Source: Alistipes sp.
Lineage (GTDB): Bacteria > Bacteroidota > Bacteroidia > Bacteroidales > Rikenellaceae
Assembly: GCA_045125895.1 (NCBI GenBank)
Contig: JBGVNT010000007.1
Location: 2,934 to 66,933, forward strand
Length of the DNA: 64,000 bases
Direction: 5' to 3'
A program made the position numbers and the translations under genes. Of this stretch, positions 46,622 to 56,154 are shown piece by piece. Below the pieces are notes generated by a model, which was not told where the DNA came from, searched no databases, and was given only the letters and a program-made list of their open reading frames with translations. Numbering within the stretch: the stretch's first letter is position 1; each line of letters begins with the position of its first letter.

Positions 46622-49048
46622 ATGTTGTTATCGGAGTTAAAGACCGGACAGTCGGCTGTAGTTATCAAAGTATCGGGACACGGAGGTTTTCGCCGCCGTA
46701 TACTTGAAATGGGCTTTGTGCGTGGGCAGAGGGTGGTAGCCATATTGAATGCCCCGTTGCGTGACCCTATCAAGTATGGCATTATGGGTTATGAGGTGTC
46801 GTTGCGTCGCAGCGAGGCCGCCATGGTTGAAGTTATGACAACCGAGGAGGCTTTGGAGATAAAATCCATATCCGAAGGTGCTGCCATTGTCGAGGATGAG
46901 AACAATTCCGACATCGAGCAGGTAGTTAGCGCCCGCCTAAGAGAGATAAGTGTGGCGTTGGTGGGTAATCCCAATAGTGGAAAAACTTCGTTGTTTAATG
47001 CCCTGTCGGGAGGTCACGAACATGTCGGAAATTATAGTGGCGTTACGGTGGATGCCAAGTCGGGCTCGTTCCGCTATAAGGGTTATAAAATTCATATCAC
47101 AGACCTGCCGGGTACATATGCTCTGTCACCCTACTCTCCCGAGGAGATGTATGTCAGAAAACATCTGATGGAGAAATTGCCCGATGTGGTGGTGAATGCT
47201 GTCGTTGCTTCAAATCTTGAAAGAAATCTCTATCTGACCACAGAACTTATTGACCTTAATCCCAAAATGGTTGTTGCGCTGAACATGTACGACGAATTGG
47301 AGCGCAGTGGCGCGACTTTGGATTACGAGCAATTGGGTCGCATGATAGGTGTGCCGGTTGTGCCGGTTGTGGCGCGAGAAAGCAAGGGTCTGGATGCGCT
47401 GTTGGACGAGATAATTCTTACATACGAAGGTCAAAACGCCAAAGAGCGCCATATTCATATCAACTACTCGTCTTCTATCGAAACCGAGATAGGAGCGCTC
47501 TCGAAAATGATGAAACGCCATGTGGATGAGCTGCCGAAGTGTTTTCCGCCCCGTTATTGGGCGATTAAAATGTTAGAGGGCGATAGCGGCGTTATGGAGA
47601 TGTTGCGCTCGTCGAAGCATTTCACCGAATGGAAGAATCAGAGCGTCAAGGGCGCAGCGCGCATAATTGCAGCCTTGGATGAAGATGTCGAGGGGGCTAT
47701 AACCAACGAAAAATATGGTTTTATCGAGGGTGCGTTGGCCGAAACCTTTACCCCGAGTGAGCAACATTCGCATAAGCATACATCGTGGATTGACCGCATT
47801 GTTACACACAAATATTTCGGTTTCCCGTTGTTCCTTGCCGTAATGTTTGTAATGTTCTGGAGCACCTTTACTCTCGGAGCATATCCTCAAGGATGGATTG
47901 AGGCGGGCTTTACATGGTTGGGTGAGAGTGTCGGCAGGTTGATGTCGGATGGGCCTCTGCGCGACCTTATTGTCGATGGCATCATAGGCGGAGTGGGCTC
48001 GGTTGCGGTTTTTCTGCCTAATATATTGATTCTCTATCTGTTTATATCGCTTATGGAGGATTCGGGCTACATGGCGCGTGCAGCATTTATAATGGATAAA
48101 GTTATGCACCTTGCCGGTCTGCATGGCAAGTCGTTTATTCCGCTTGTTATGGGCTTTGGATGTAATGTCCCGGCAATTATGGCGGCGCGAACTATCGAGA
48201 GTCGTAGTAGCCGAATAATCACAATACTTATTAACCCATTTATGTCGTGCAGTGCCCGTCTGCCGGTGTTTGTCTTGCTGGCGGGAACATTCTTCCCCAA
48301 GCATGCCGGTGCTATGCTGTTTGCGATATATATTTTGGGTTGTGTTGTCGGTTTGGTTACCGCCCGACTGCTTAGACGGTTTATGTTTGGAGCCGACGAA
48401 ACCCCATTTGTTATGGAGTTGCCGCCCTATCGAATTCCCACTCTGAACGCCACTTTGCGACATATGTGGAATCGTAGCGAGCAATATATCCGCAAAATTG
48501 GAGGCTTGATTTTAGTGGCTGCGGTAGTGATTTGGTTTTTAAGCTATTATCCACACGAATCTAAAGCAGAGATTTATGACAATGTAGCCGCTGAAGCTTA
48601 TATCGAAAATGTGGAGTCGGATGCTGCGGTTAATACGCCTGCCCGACAATCCGAGAACTCATATTTGGGTAAAATCGGCAAGTTTATCGAGCCTGTCATG
48701 GCGCCTATCGGATTGGATTGGAGAGCGAGCGTTGCCATATTGTCGGGAGCTTCGGCAAAAGAGATAATTGTATCGACTTTGGGCGTGCTTTACTCGGTTG
48801 ATGATGCCGAGGATGAAACAGCCTCATTGTCGGCTCATTTGGCAGCGTCAAATAATTATTCCCAGGCGTCGGCTTTGGCCATGATAATCTTTATCCTGCT
48901 CTATTTCCCGTGTATCGGAACAATAGCAGCAATTGCGCAAGAGGCGGGAGGCTGGAAATGGGCACTCTTCTCGGTTGTGTATAATACCGCCCTTGCATGG
49001 GTTTTGGCATTCGTGGCGTATAATATCGGCATGTGGTTGGGCCTATAA
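46622..49048 (+). CDS. feoB: Ferrous iron transport protein B with fused N-terminal FeoA domain
   Basis: FeoA-like RRILEMG..APLRDP; GNPNSGKT, GNYSGVTV, DLPG, GFGCNVP. Confidence 0.96.
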   Translation: MLLSELKTGQSAVVIKVSGHGGFRRRILEMGFVRGQRVVAILNAPLRDPIKYGIMGYEVSLRRSEAAMVEVMTTEEALEIKSISEGAAIVEDENNSDIEQVVSARLREISVALVGNPNSGKTSLFNALSGGHEHVGNYSGVTVDAKSGSFRYKGYKIHITDLPGTYALSPYSPEEMYVRKHLMEKLPDVVVNAVVASNLERNLYLTTELIDLNPKMVVALNMYDELERSGATLDYEQLGRMIGVPVVPVVARESKGLDALLDEIILTYEGQNAKERHIHINYSSSIETEIGALSKMMKRHVDELPKCFPPRYWAIKMLEGDSGVMEMLRSSKHFTEWKNQSVKGAARIIAALDEDVEGAITNEKYGFIEGALAETFTPSEQHSHKHTSWIDRIVTHKYFGFPLFLAVMFVMFWSTFTLGAYPQGWIEAGFTWLGESVGRLMSDGPLRDLIVDGIIGGVGSVAVFLPNILILYLFISLMEDSGYMARAAFIMDKVMHLAGLHGKSFIPLVMGFGCNVPAIMAARTIESRSSRIITILINPFMSCSARLPVFVLLAGTFFPKHAGAMLFAIYILGCVVGLVTARLLRRFMFGADETPFVMELPPYRIPTLNATLRHMWNRSEQYIRKIGGLILVAAVVIWFLSYYPHESKAEIYDNVAAEAYIENVESDAAVNTPARQSENSYLGKIGKFIEPVMAPIGLDWRASVAILSGASAKEIIVSTLGVLYSVDDAEDETASLSAHLAASNNYSQASALAMIIFILLYFPCIGTIAAIAQEAGGWKWALFSVVYNTALAWVLAFVAYNIGMWLGL

Positions 49049-49095
49049 TTGCTGCATGATTTTTTTTGAAAACGAATAATTGTCGGTTTAGGGTT

Positions 49096-49809
49096 ATGAC
49101 AAAAAGTTATAAAACGGATGGTAATAATCATGTCATCTTCTCGGAGGATATGAAACTTGCAGAACTCATTGATGCGGATTGCAATCTGCTCTCGGTTTTG
49201 CTTCGATTCGATATGGAGTTGCCGTTTGGCGATGTTTCGGTGGCTGAAATGTGCCACAGCTATGGCGTATCACCGTCGCTTTTTCTGATGATATGCCAGA
49301 TTTGCACGCTGCCCGACTATCGTCCCGATTATAAGGAACTTAAGGCCGCAGAGGATATTGCTAATTTGATAAAATATCTGAGAGCTTCGCATCGGTATTA
49401 TACTCAAACGCTTTTGCCTCGCATAGTCACAGGCGTAAACAATATGTTGCATGAGTGCGAGGATAAACAACGCAATCTACTGAGTAAGTTTTGTGCCGAT
49501 TATGTAAACGAGGTGCGAGCGCATTTGGAGTATGAGGAGCGCGAAATATTTCCGTATATCGAGGCCCTGATGCGTGGTGAGCGATGTGGTTCGGAAATAG
49601 GTGTTTATATGAATAGTCATACCGATGTGTGCGAGAAGATTGACGATATGAAGAGCATAATGATTAAGTATCTGCCGGTTGCTTGTCCTATGCACAAGCG
49701 CTGCGAACTGCTCTTCGATATATTTGCTTTGCGCGAGGATTTGGCTCGTCATACAATGTTGGAAATCGAGGTCTTGGCACCTCTTGTTAAACGCGAGGAG
49801 GGAGTATGA
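49096..49809 (+). CDS. Hemerythrin/RIC-like domain protein
   Basis: YLRASHRYY, HLEYEEREIFP, HT..E..VLAP. Confidence 0.8.
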   Translation: MTKSYKTDGNNHVIFSEDMKLAELIDADCNLLSVLLRFDMELPFGDVSVAEMCHSYGVSPSLFLMICQICTLPDYRPDYKELKAAEDIANLIKYLRASHRYYTQTLLPRIVTGVNNMLHECEDKQRNLLSKFCADYVNEVRAHLEYEEREIFPYIEALMRGERCGSEIGVYMNSHTDVCEKIDDMKSIMIKYLPVACPMHKRCELLFDIFALREDLARHTMLEIEVLAPLVKREEGV

Positions 49810-50396
49810 GACGATATAAAGTTGTAGTTGTCGAACCTTCGGAACTCATTGTAGAGGGTTTGCGTGCCATGCTATCGCAGAGCGAATTTGATGTGGTGGC
49901 GCATTTTGCCGACATAAAGTCGTGTATTGAAAAATTTTCTGCCATAGCACCCGATGTTGTGGTTGCCGGTTCTCAGGTTATAAGCGCCTTTAAGCGGGAT
50001 GTGAGGTATCTATATCCCGAATTGCAAAGCGTGGCGTTGTCGTTGTTGTCAACTACGGTGTGCAACGAGGAGTGCGTGCGATGGGTCGATAGCGTTGTCA
50101 ATATCTATGACGACAGTGTAGCAATTGCCCGAAAACTAAATCAGGCAGTTGAGCAGAGCCAGACCAATCCGTACACGGATAGCCATGAACTGTCGGAGCG
50201 AGAGTTGGATGTGTTGATTCTTTTGGCTAAGGGCCTTACAAATAAGGAGGTTGCCGAAAAATTGTATATCTCGATTCATACGGTAAATACTCATCGCAAA
50301 AACATCTCCCACAAAACGGGTATAAAGTCGGTTGCGGGACTTACCATCTATGCCATTTTGCATAATTTATTAGACCCTGCCGAGGTTGAATTATAG
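49806..50396 (+). CDS. LuxR-family response regulator-like transcription factor
   Basis: LSERELDVL..LAKGLTNKEVAEKLYIS.HTV.THRKNI. Confidence 0.9.
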   Translation: MRRYKVVVVEPSELIVEGLRAMLSQSEFDVVAHFADIKSCIEKFSAIAPDVVVAGSQVISAFKRDVRYLYPELQSVALSLLSTTVCNEECVRWVDSVVNIYDDSVAIARKLNQAVEQSQTNPYTDSHELSERELDVLILLAKGLTNKEVAEKLYISIHTVNTHRKNISHKTGIKSVAGLTIYAILHNLLDPAEVEL

Positions 50397-50483
50397 CCAA
50401 TACCACTACACTGTCGGATGTGTGTGGATTGTAGCAAGTTTAAGTTTTTTGTCAAAATCTGCATATAAATGAAAAATAAGTGC

Positions 50484-50491
50484 TATATTTG
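50484..50491 (+). promoter_or_regulatory. Promoter -7 element of the met operon
   Basis: TATATTTG consensus match. Confidence 0.6.
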
Positions 50492-50514
50492 CCCATGATA
50501 AAAGAACTGTTTCA

Positions 50515-50610
50515 ATGGCAAGTATGCAGTACATATCTAATCTGTCAGGTTGTGGCCTGAATATGCTTGGCGCTCGTTGTATGATGGGACCGATGCGAAT
50601 GTGCCGATAG
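50515..50610 (+). CDS. Putative Met/Cys-rich leader peptide (31 aa)
   Basis: MASMQYISNLSGCGLNMLGARCMMGPMRMCR*: 7 Met and 3 Cys, upstream of metY. Confidence 0.6.
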   Translation: MASMQYISNLSGCGLNMLGARCMMGPMRMCR

Positions 50611-50741
50611 GCACGCTGTTATTTGCCGGTAGCTATGTGCTACCATGTGTCGAGGACACAAAATCTCACCTTTTGATTTTATTTTGCTAATTATGGTTGC
50701 CTGACCTTAGGTCGGGCGATAACGATTTAATATACATAAAT

Positions 50742-52028
50742 ATGTCGGAAACTAAGAATTTAAGATTTGAGACTCGCCAGATACATGGCGGTTATCATGT
50801 AGATCATACCGGCTCGCGTGGTATAGCCATCTACCCCACTGCAGCCTACCATTTCAAGAACTGTGACTATGCGGCTCGCCTGTTTGAACTTAGCGAGGGC
50901 GGAAATATCTATACGCGTCTGCATAATCCCACAACAGCGGCTTACGAGGAGCGTGTGGCATCGTTGTATGGCGGCGTGGGTGCGCTGGCTTTGGCGTCGG
51001 GCATGTCGGCTATACTTATTACCGTTACGGCTCTTGCCCAGGCGGGTGATAACATCGTTGCTTCGCCATTTCTTTATGGCGGTACTTATAATCAGTTCCG
51101 CATTTCGTTGCGCAAGTTGGGTATCGAGTGCCGTATAGCCAAGTCGGAGCGTGTCGAGGATATGGAGCCATTGGTGGATGAGCGCACGAAGTTTATTTAT
51201 GCCGAGAGCATGGGAAATCCCACATGCGATGTCCCCGATTTGAAGGCCTTGGGCGACATGGCAAAGCGCAAAGATGTGCCATTTGTGGTTGATAATACTT
51301 TCGGTGCAGCAGGCTTCTTGTGTAATCCGTTTGACTGGGGCGCAAATATCGTTGTCGATTCGGCTACAAAGTGGATTAACGGTCACGGAACGGCCATGGG
51401 CGGAATAATCGTCGATGGCGGAAATTATAATTGGGCAAATGGCAAATTTCCACAAATAGATGGCCCTTCAGAGGGCTACCACGGCTTGAATCTGTATGAG
51501 GCATTTGGCAATGCTGCATTTATCGTAAAGTGCCGCGTGGATGGTCTGCGAGATTTCGGATGCTGCCCCTCGCCGTTTGATGCCTATTTGATGCTGTTGG
51601 GTCTGGAAACACTCTCTTTGCGAGTAAAGCATCAAGTGGAGTCTACATGGAAGTTGGCGGAGTTTTGTCGCAACCACCCCATGGTTGAGCGCGTAAGTTT
51701 CGTGGGATTTGAGAATCATAACGGCTACGAAAATGCCAAGAAATATTATCGCTATGGCTCGTCGAGCGTCTTTACCATCGAGTTGAAGGGTTCGTTGGAG
51801 AGTACCGTTAGATTTGTCGAGGCGCTGAAGTTGGCGGGCAATATGACCATGATTGGTGATTCAATCACAGTTGTTACTCACCCTGCATCTACTACACACA
51901 AGCAACTCTCGGAGGCTGACCTGAAGGCTGCGGGCGTTACTCCTACCCTGCTGCGTATATCGCTCGGATTGGAGAATGTGGAGGATATAATTGATGATTT
52001 CGAGCAGGCTTTTGCTGCGGCCAAATAA
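50742..52028 (+). CDS. metY: O-acetylhomoserine sulfhydrylase
   Basis: NIYTRLHNPT, LASGMSA, LYGGT, DNTF, SATKWINGHG, HPASTTH. Confidence 0.9.
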   Translation: MSETKNLRFETRQIHGGYHVDHTGSRGIAIYPTAAYHFKNCDYAARLFELSEGGNIYTRLHNPTTAAYEERVASLYGGVGALALASGMSAILITVTALAQAGDNIVASPFLYGGTYNQFRISLRKLGIECRIAKSERVEDMEPLVDERTKFIYAESMGNPTCDVPDLKALGDMAKRKDVPFVVDNTFGAAGFLCNPFDWGANIVVDSATKWINGHGTAMGGIIVDGGNYNWANGKFPQIDGPSEGYHGLNLYEAFGNAAFIVKCRVDGLRDFGCCPSPFDAYLMLLGLETLSLRVKHQVESTWKLAEFCRNHPMVERVSFVGFENHNGYENAKKYYRYGSSSVFTIELKGSLESTVRFVEALKLAGNMTMIGDSITVVTHPASTTHKQLSEADLKAAGVTPTLLRISLGLENVEDIIDDFEQAFAAAK

Positions 52029-52039
52029 TTCGTGATATA

Positions 52040-53053
52040 ATGGCTCAAACTTATAGATACGAAAAACCTTTTGAGTTGGAGTGTGGCGCGGTGTTGCCGT
52101 CGCTTGAGATTGCATACGACACTTTCGGAGAGATGAACTCCGATAAGAGTAATGTCATCTGGGTATGCCATGCTCTGACGGCCAACTCCGATGTAGCCGA
52201 CTGGTGGCCTCATACGGTGGAGAAAGGGTGCTTCTTAGACCCCGAAAAATACTTCACCGTGTGTGCCAATTTCCTCGGCTCACATTATGGAACAACGGGC
52301 CCCTTGAGCATTAATCCCGCAACGGGAGAGCCTTGGTATGGCGATTTTCCGCAGATTACGGTAAGGGATATGGTACATGCGCATCAACTTTTGGCTGAGC
52401 ATCTCGGTATTGAGCGAGTGAAATTGCTGATTGGCAGCTCTATCGGAGGTTTCCAGTGCTTGGAGTGGAGCGTTATGCAACCCGACTTTGCCGAGCGTAC
52501 GGCATTTATCGCTACGACACCTCGCACTAAACCCTGGGCTGCGGCATTTAATGAATCGCAGCGCATGGCTATCGAGGGTGATGCAACATTTGGAGAGCGC
52601 AATGCCGAGGCCGGATTGAATGGTATGGCTGTGGCTCGCAGCATAGCTTTGATGAGCTATCGTGGCGGCATGGCCTACGATAAGACTCAGGAGGATGAAA
52701 ACGCGGATGAGGCTGGATTCAAGCGTCGCGTACACTCATATCAGCGCTATCAGGGCGAAAAGTTGCGTCGCCGCTTTAATGCTTACTCGTATTATCGCCT
52801 GTCGCAAGCTGTCGATTCGCATAATCTGGCGCGTGGTCGTGGCCGCTTGGAGGAGGTTCTGCGAGGTATTAAGGCGAAATCGCTGGTTGTTGCCATAACT
52901 TCCGATATATTGTTTCCGCCCGAAGACCATAAGCCGCTGATTGAGAATATCCCCGATGTGGAGTATCATCTGATAGACTCCGATTTCGGACACGATGGCT
53001 TTTTGGTCGAGCATAAGCAACTCAACGATATACTTTTAGAGTTTTTGAAATAA
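52040..53053 (+). CDS. metX: Homoserine O-acetyltransferase
   Basis: CHALTA, GSSIGG, SDILFP, GHDGFLVE. Confidence 0.9.
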   Translation: MAQTYRYEKPFELECGAVLPSLEIAYDTFGEMNSDKSNVIWVCHALTANSDVADWWPHTVEKGCFLDPEKYFTVCANFLGSHYGTTGPLSINPATGEPWYGDFPQITVRDMVHAHQLLAEHLGIERVKLLIGSSIGGFQCLEWSVMQPDFAERTAFIATTPRTKPWAAAFNESQRMAIEGDATFGERNAEAGLNGMAVARSIALMSYRGGMAYDKTQEDENADEAGFKRRVHSYQRYQGEKLRRRFNAYSYYRLSQAVDSHNLARGRGRLEEVLRGIKAKSLVVAITSDILFPPEDHKPLIENIPDVEYHLIDSDFGHDGFLVEHKQLNDILLEFLK

Positions 53054-53077
53054 TAAGAAACGAAACACAATATAACT

Positions 53078-54268
53078 ATGAATGGTAAGAAACTGAATAT
53101 CGGACTTTTTGGCTTTGGTACGGTAGGCTGCGGTCTGTATGATGTATTGAAGCGTATTGGCTCGAAGAATGTGGAAATTAAGCGCATCTGTGTGCGTAAT
53201 ATCAACAAGAAGCGCTCGGTGGATGCCGAGTTTACCGACAATCCCGATGATATTTTCAATGACCCCGATATCAACTTTATTGTGGAGTTGATTGACGATG
53301 CCGATGCTGCTTACACTATCGTTAAGCGAGCTTTGCAGATGGGCCTGCCCGTTGTGTCGGGTAATAAGAAGATGTTGGCACATCATATCGAGGAGATGAT
53401 TGAGTTGCAGGCGCGTTACAATGTTGCTCTGCTCTATGATGCTTCGGCTTGTGGCTCAATTCCCGTTATTCGCAACTTAGAGGAGTATTACGACAACGAT
53501 TTGCTTACCTCGGTAAAGGGTATCCTGAATGGCTCGTCAAACTTTATTCTGTCGAAGATTTTCAACGAGAAGATGTCGTATCCCGACGCGCTGAAGCTGG
53601 CGCAGGATTTGGGCTTTGCCGAGAGCAACCCATCGCTCGATATTGATGGCTGGGATTCGCTCTTTAAGCTTATTATCGTTACGGTTCATGCCTTTGGTCT
53701 GTATGTCGCTCCCGAGAAGATTTTCACTTACGGAATCTCGAATATGAACGATGATGACATCCGCTTTGCCAACGAGAAAGAGCGCCGCTTTAAGCTGGTG
53801 GCGCATGTCGAGAAGTTGGACAATAACAAGTTGATAATGTGTGTGATGCCTCAACTTATCTCACGCAATAAATATATTTACAGCGTCGAGGACGAGTTCA
53901 ATGGCGTGGTAATCAAGGGTCTATTCTACGACAAGCAGTTTATGTTTGGTCGTGGTGCCGGCGGCTACCCCACCGGTTCGGCTGTGTTGAGCGATATTAC
54001 GGCTTGCTTGTATGACTATAAGTATGAGTATAAGAAGCGTAACGACTCGCAGTTGCCCGAGTATACACTCGACCACTCATTCCGCGTATATTATCGCTAT
54101 GTGGATTACGCCGACCTTAACCTGATAAAGTTTGAAGAGGTGAGCGAGAATTACATTTCCGACAGCTACAAATATGTCGTAGGCAAGGTGTCACTCGCCG
54201 AGCTGCACCGCGTGCAGGATGAGTTGCGTAAACGCAATATCTTTATCGCGGCATATCCAAATGATTAA
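53078..54268 (+). CDS. hom: Homoserine dehydrogenase
   Basis: GFGTVG, GNKK, GILNG, GFAESNP..DIDG, GRGAG..PT. Confidence 0.92.
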   Translation: MNGKKLNIGLFGFGTVGCGLYDVLKRIGSKNVEIKRICVRNINKKRSVDAEFTDNPDDIFNDPDINFIVELIDDADAAYTIVKRALQMGLPVVSGNKKMLAHHIEEMIELQARYNVALLYDASACGSIPVIRNLEEYYDNDLLTSVKGILNGSSNFILSKIFNEKMSYPDALKLAQDLGFAESNPSLDIDGWDSLFKLIIVTVHAFGLYVAPEKIFTYGISNMNDDDIRFANEKERRFKLVAHVEKLDNNKLIMCVMPQLISRNKYIYSVEDEFNGVVIKGLFYDKQFMFGRGAGGYPTGSAVLSDITACLYDYKYEYKKRNDSQLPEYTLDHSFRVYYRYVDYADLNLIKFEEVSENYISDSYKYVVGKVSLAELHRVQDELRKRNIFIAAYPND

Positions 54269-54280
54269 GGCATAGAGAAC

Positions 54281-54320
54281 AATAATGACCTGTCTAAAAC
54301 TTATTAGACAGGTCATTATT
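54281..54320. terminator. Bidirectional terminator
   Basis: Perfect 17-bp stem AATAATGACCTGTCTAA/TTAGACAGGTCATTATT between convergent genes. Confidence 0.85.
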
Positions 54321-54328
54321 CTTTTAGC

Positions 54329-54745
54329 CTATTCTTGCTTTGATAAAAACTCTTTTATTGCCTCGAAGCACTCCTCCGGGGTTTTGCATTTGGCGCACGC
54401 CTTCTCTATGGGGCAAATATCGTCGCCTTTGCGATTTATGATGCGTTCGGTCTCCTCTCCCCACTCTACCGTCATGTCGTAATCGTTAAGGAACTTTATG
54501 GCATCACTGCTTATAACTTCCGTAAAAAGTCGCCTTACACCACCTAATACCATCAGCGCCGCAGCTCCTTTGCCTACGATTTTATCTGCCACATAGGCAC
54601 CGCGCAATATTTCGGGCTGCTTGGTGAGAAGATTGTAAAGGTCGTCCACCCCACGCGCCGTAAAGGTGTAAATCTGCCCATGATTGGCGATTACACATGA
54701 ATATGATTTTGAGCGACGAAGCTCTATTATATCAGTCTGCATCAT
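54329..54745 (-). CDS. DUF1893 (TM1506-like) protein
   Basis: ADKIVGKGAAAL, IINRKG..CPIE. Confidence 0.85.
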   Translation of the reverse strand: MMQTDIIELRRSKSYSCVIANHGQIYTFTARGVDDLYNLLTKQPEILRGAYVADKIVGKGAAALMVLGGVRRLFTEVISSDAIKFLNDYDMTVEWGEETERIINRKGDDICPIEKACAKCKTPEECFEAIKEFLSKQE

Positions 54746-54765
54746 ACCTGGTCCTTTTGTTTTGA

Positions 54766-56142
54766 TTAAAACTCCTTACCCTGTCGTAAATCCTCAATGT
54801 AGCGGTCTATGCGGCGAATCTCTTTAGGTATGTCGATGCGTTGCGGGCAGTGGGGATTACACTGCTTGCAGCCTACGCAATGGTCGGCCTGGCGCTCACG
54901 CTCGACAGCTCTGTCGTAGCCGACAAGGAAGGCACGACGCGCCTTTTTGTAATTCTCGTCTTGCGACGAGGATGATAGATTGCCCTCGTTTACACATTTG
55001 TTGTAGTGAAGTAATATGCCGGGTATGTCCAATCCATAAGGGCAAGGCATGCAGTATTTGCAATCGTTGCATGGAATTGTCGGGTATTGCAACATCAGCT
55101 CTGCTGTTTCAAACAGAAACGCCTGCTCCTCTTCGGTAAGCGGTAATACGGGAGAATAGGTGCGGATATTATCCTGAAGATGCTCCATGTAGGTCATACC
55201 GCTCAGTACGGTCATGACATTTGGGAATGTACCATTAAAACGGAAAGCCCACGAAGCTACGCTCTTCTCCGGCTCGCGTTGCTTAAGGCGCATAGCGATA
55301 TGGTCGGGGACTTTCGACAGGCGCCCTCCGAGCAGCGGCTCCATAATCATTACGGGAATCTGTCGTCGCTCTAATTCGGTGTAGAGATATTCGGCATTGA
55401 CATTACGACCTCGCGCATTTCGCCAATCCGAATAATTCATCTGAATTAGCACAAAGTCCCAATGTACATCGTCGTGCATGGCTATAATTTGGTCGAAAAC
55501 CTCCTTCTCGCCATGGAACGACCATCCGAGGTTGCGTATACGGCCCGCTTTGCGCTCCTCGATAAGGAAGTCAATCATGCCATTGTCGCGATAGCGGCGA
55601 TTGAAGTCGTGGATGCTGCCTCCCACCGAGTGCAACAGGTAGTAATCGAGATAATCCGTTTGCAACTTCTCGAACGAACGGCGATACATCATAATCGAGT
55701 TTTCTCGCGTGGAGTTTGCAAAATTTGAGAGCTTTGTCGACAGGAAATAGCTGCTGCGTGGGTATCGTTTGAGGGCAATTCCCGTAGCCTCCTCCGACAT
55801 GCCCTGACAATAGACGGGTGAGGTGTCGAAGAAGTTTACTCCATGCTCGATGGCGTAATCCACCAATTCGTTCACAGCTTCCTGGTCGATGCGCGTTTTC
55901 TTGCCCTCTTCCGTAATTGTCGGCCAACGCATGCAGCCATAGCCCAAGAGCGATACCTTGTCGCCGCAGTTGTGGTTTGTGCGGTATGTCATCTTGTCGG
56001 TCGGAACATCTTCCGATGAGTTTGCATTCGTTATCTCGTCGCTTTTGCATCCCGCCAAGAGCGCAGAAGTGAGAACAGAGCCGGCGCCTATAAGCTTAAG
56101 AAATTCGCGTCTGTCGATTGTATTGGTATCTTTTTTCTGCAT
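54766..56142 (-). CDS. Tat-exported aldo/keto reductase with C-terminal 4Fe-4S cluster
   Basis: DRREFLK Tat motif, LGYGCMR, FDTSPVY, MEPLLGG, CNDCKYCMPCP, CVGCKQCNPHCP. Confidence 0.88.
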   Translation of the reverse strand: MQKKDTNTIDRREFLKLIGAGSVLTSALLAGCKSDEITNANSSEDVPTDKMTYRTNHNCGDKVSLLGYGCMRWPTITEEGKKTRIDQEAVNELVDYAIEHGVNFFDTSPVYCQGMSEEATGIALKRYPRSSYFLSTKLSNFANSTRENSIMMYRRSFEKLQTDYLDYYLLHSVGGSIHDFNRRYRDNGMIDFLIEERKAGRIRNLGWSFHGEKEVFDQIIAMHDDVHWDFVLIQMNYSDWRNARGRNVNAEYLYTELERRQIPVMIMEPLLGGRLSKVPDHIAMRLKQREPEKSVASWAFRFNGTFPNVMTVLSGMTYMEHLQDNIRTYSPVLPLTEEEQAFLFETAELMLQYPTIPCNDCKYCMPCPYGLDIPGILLHYNKCVNEGNLSSSSQDENYKKARRAFLVGYDRAVERERQADHCVGCKQCNPHCPQRIDIPKEIRRIDRYIEDLRQGKEF

Positions 56143-56154
56143 AATGGTTGATGT

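Noticed and set aside
46622-50396. feoAB fusion with hemerythrin and LuxR genes as a novel system
   Set aside because: FeoA-FeoB fusions and the hemerythrin/LuxR pair are common in Bacteroidales to my knowledge.
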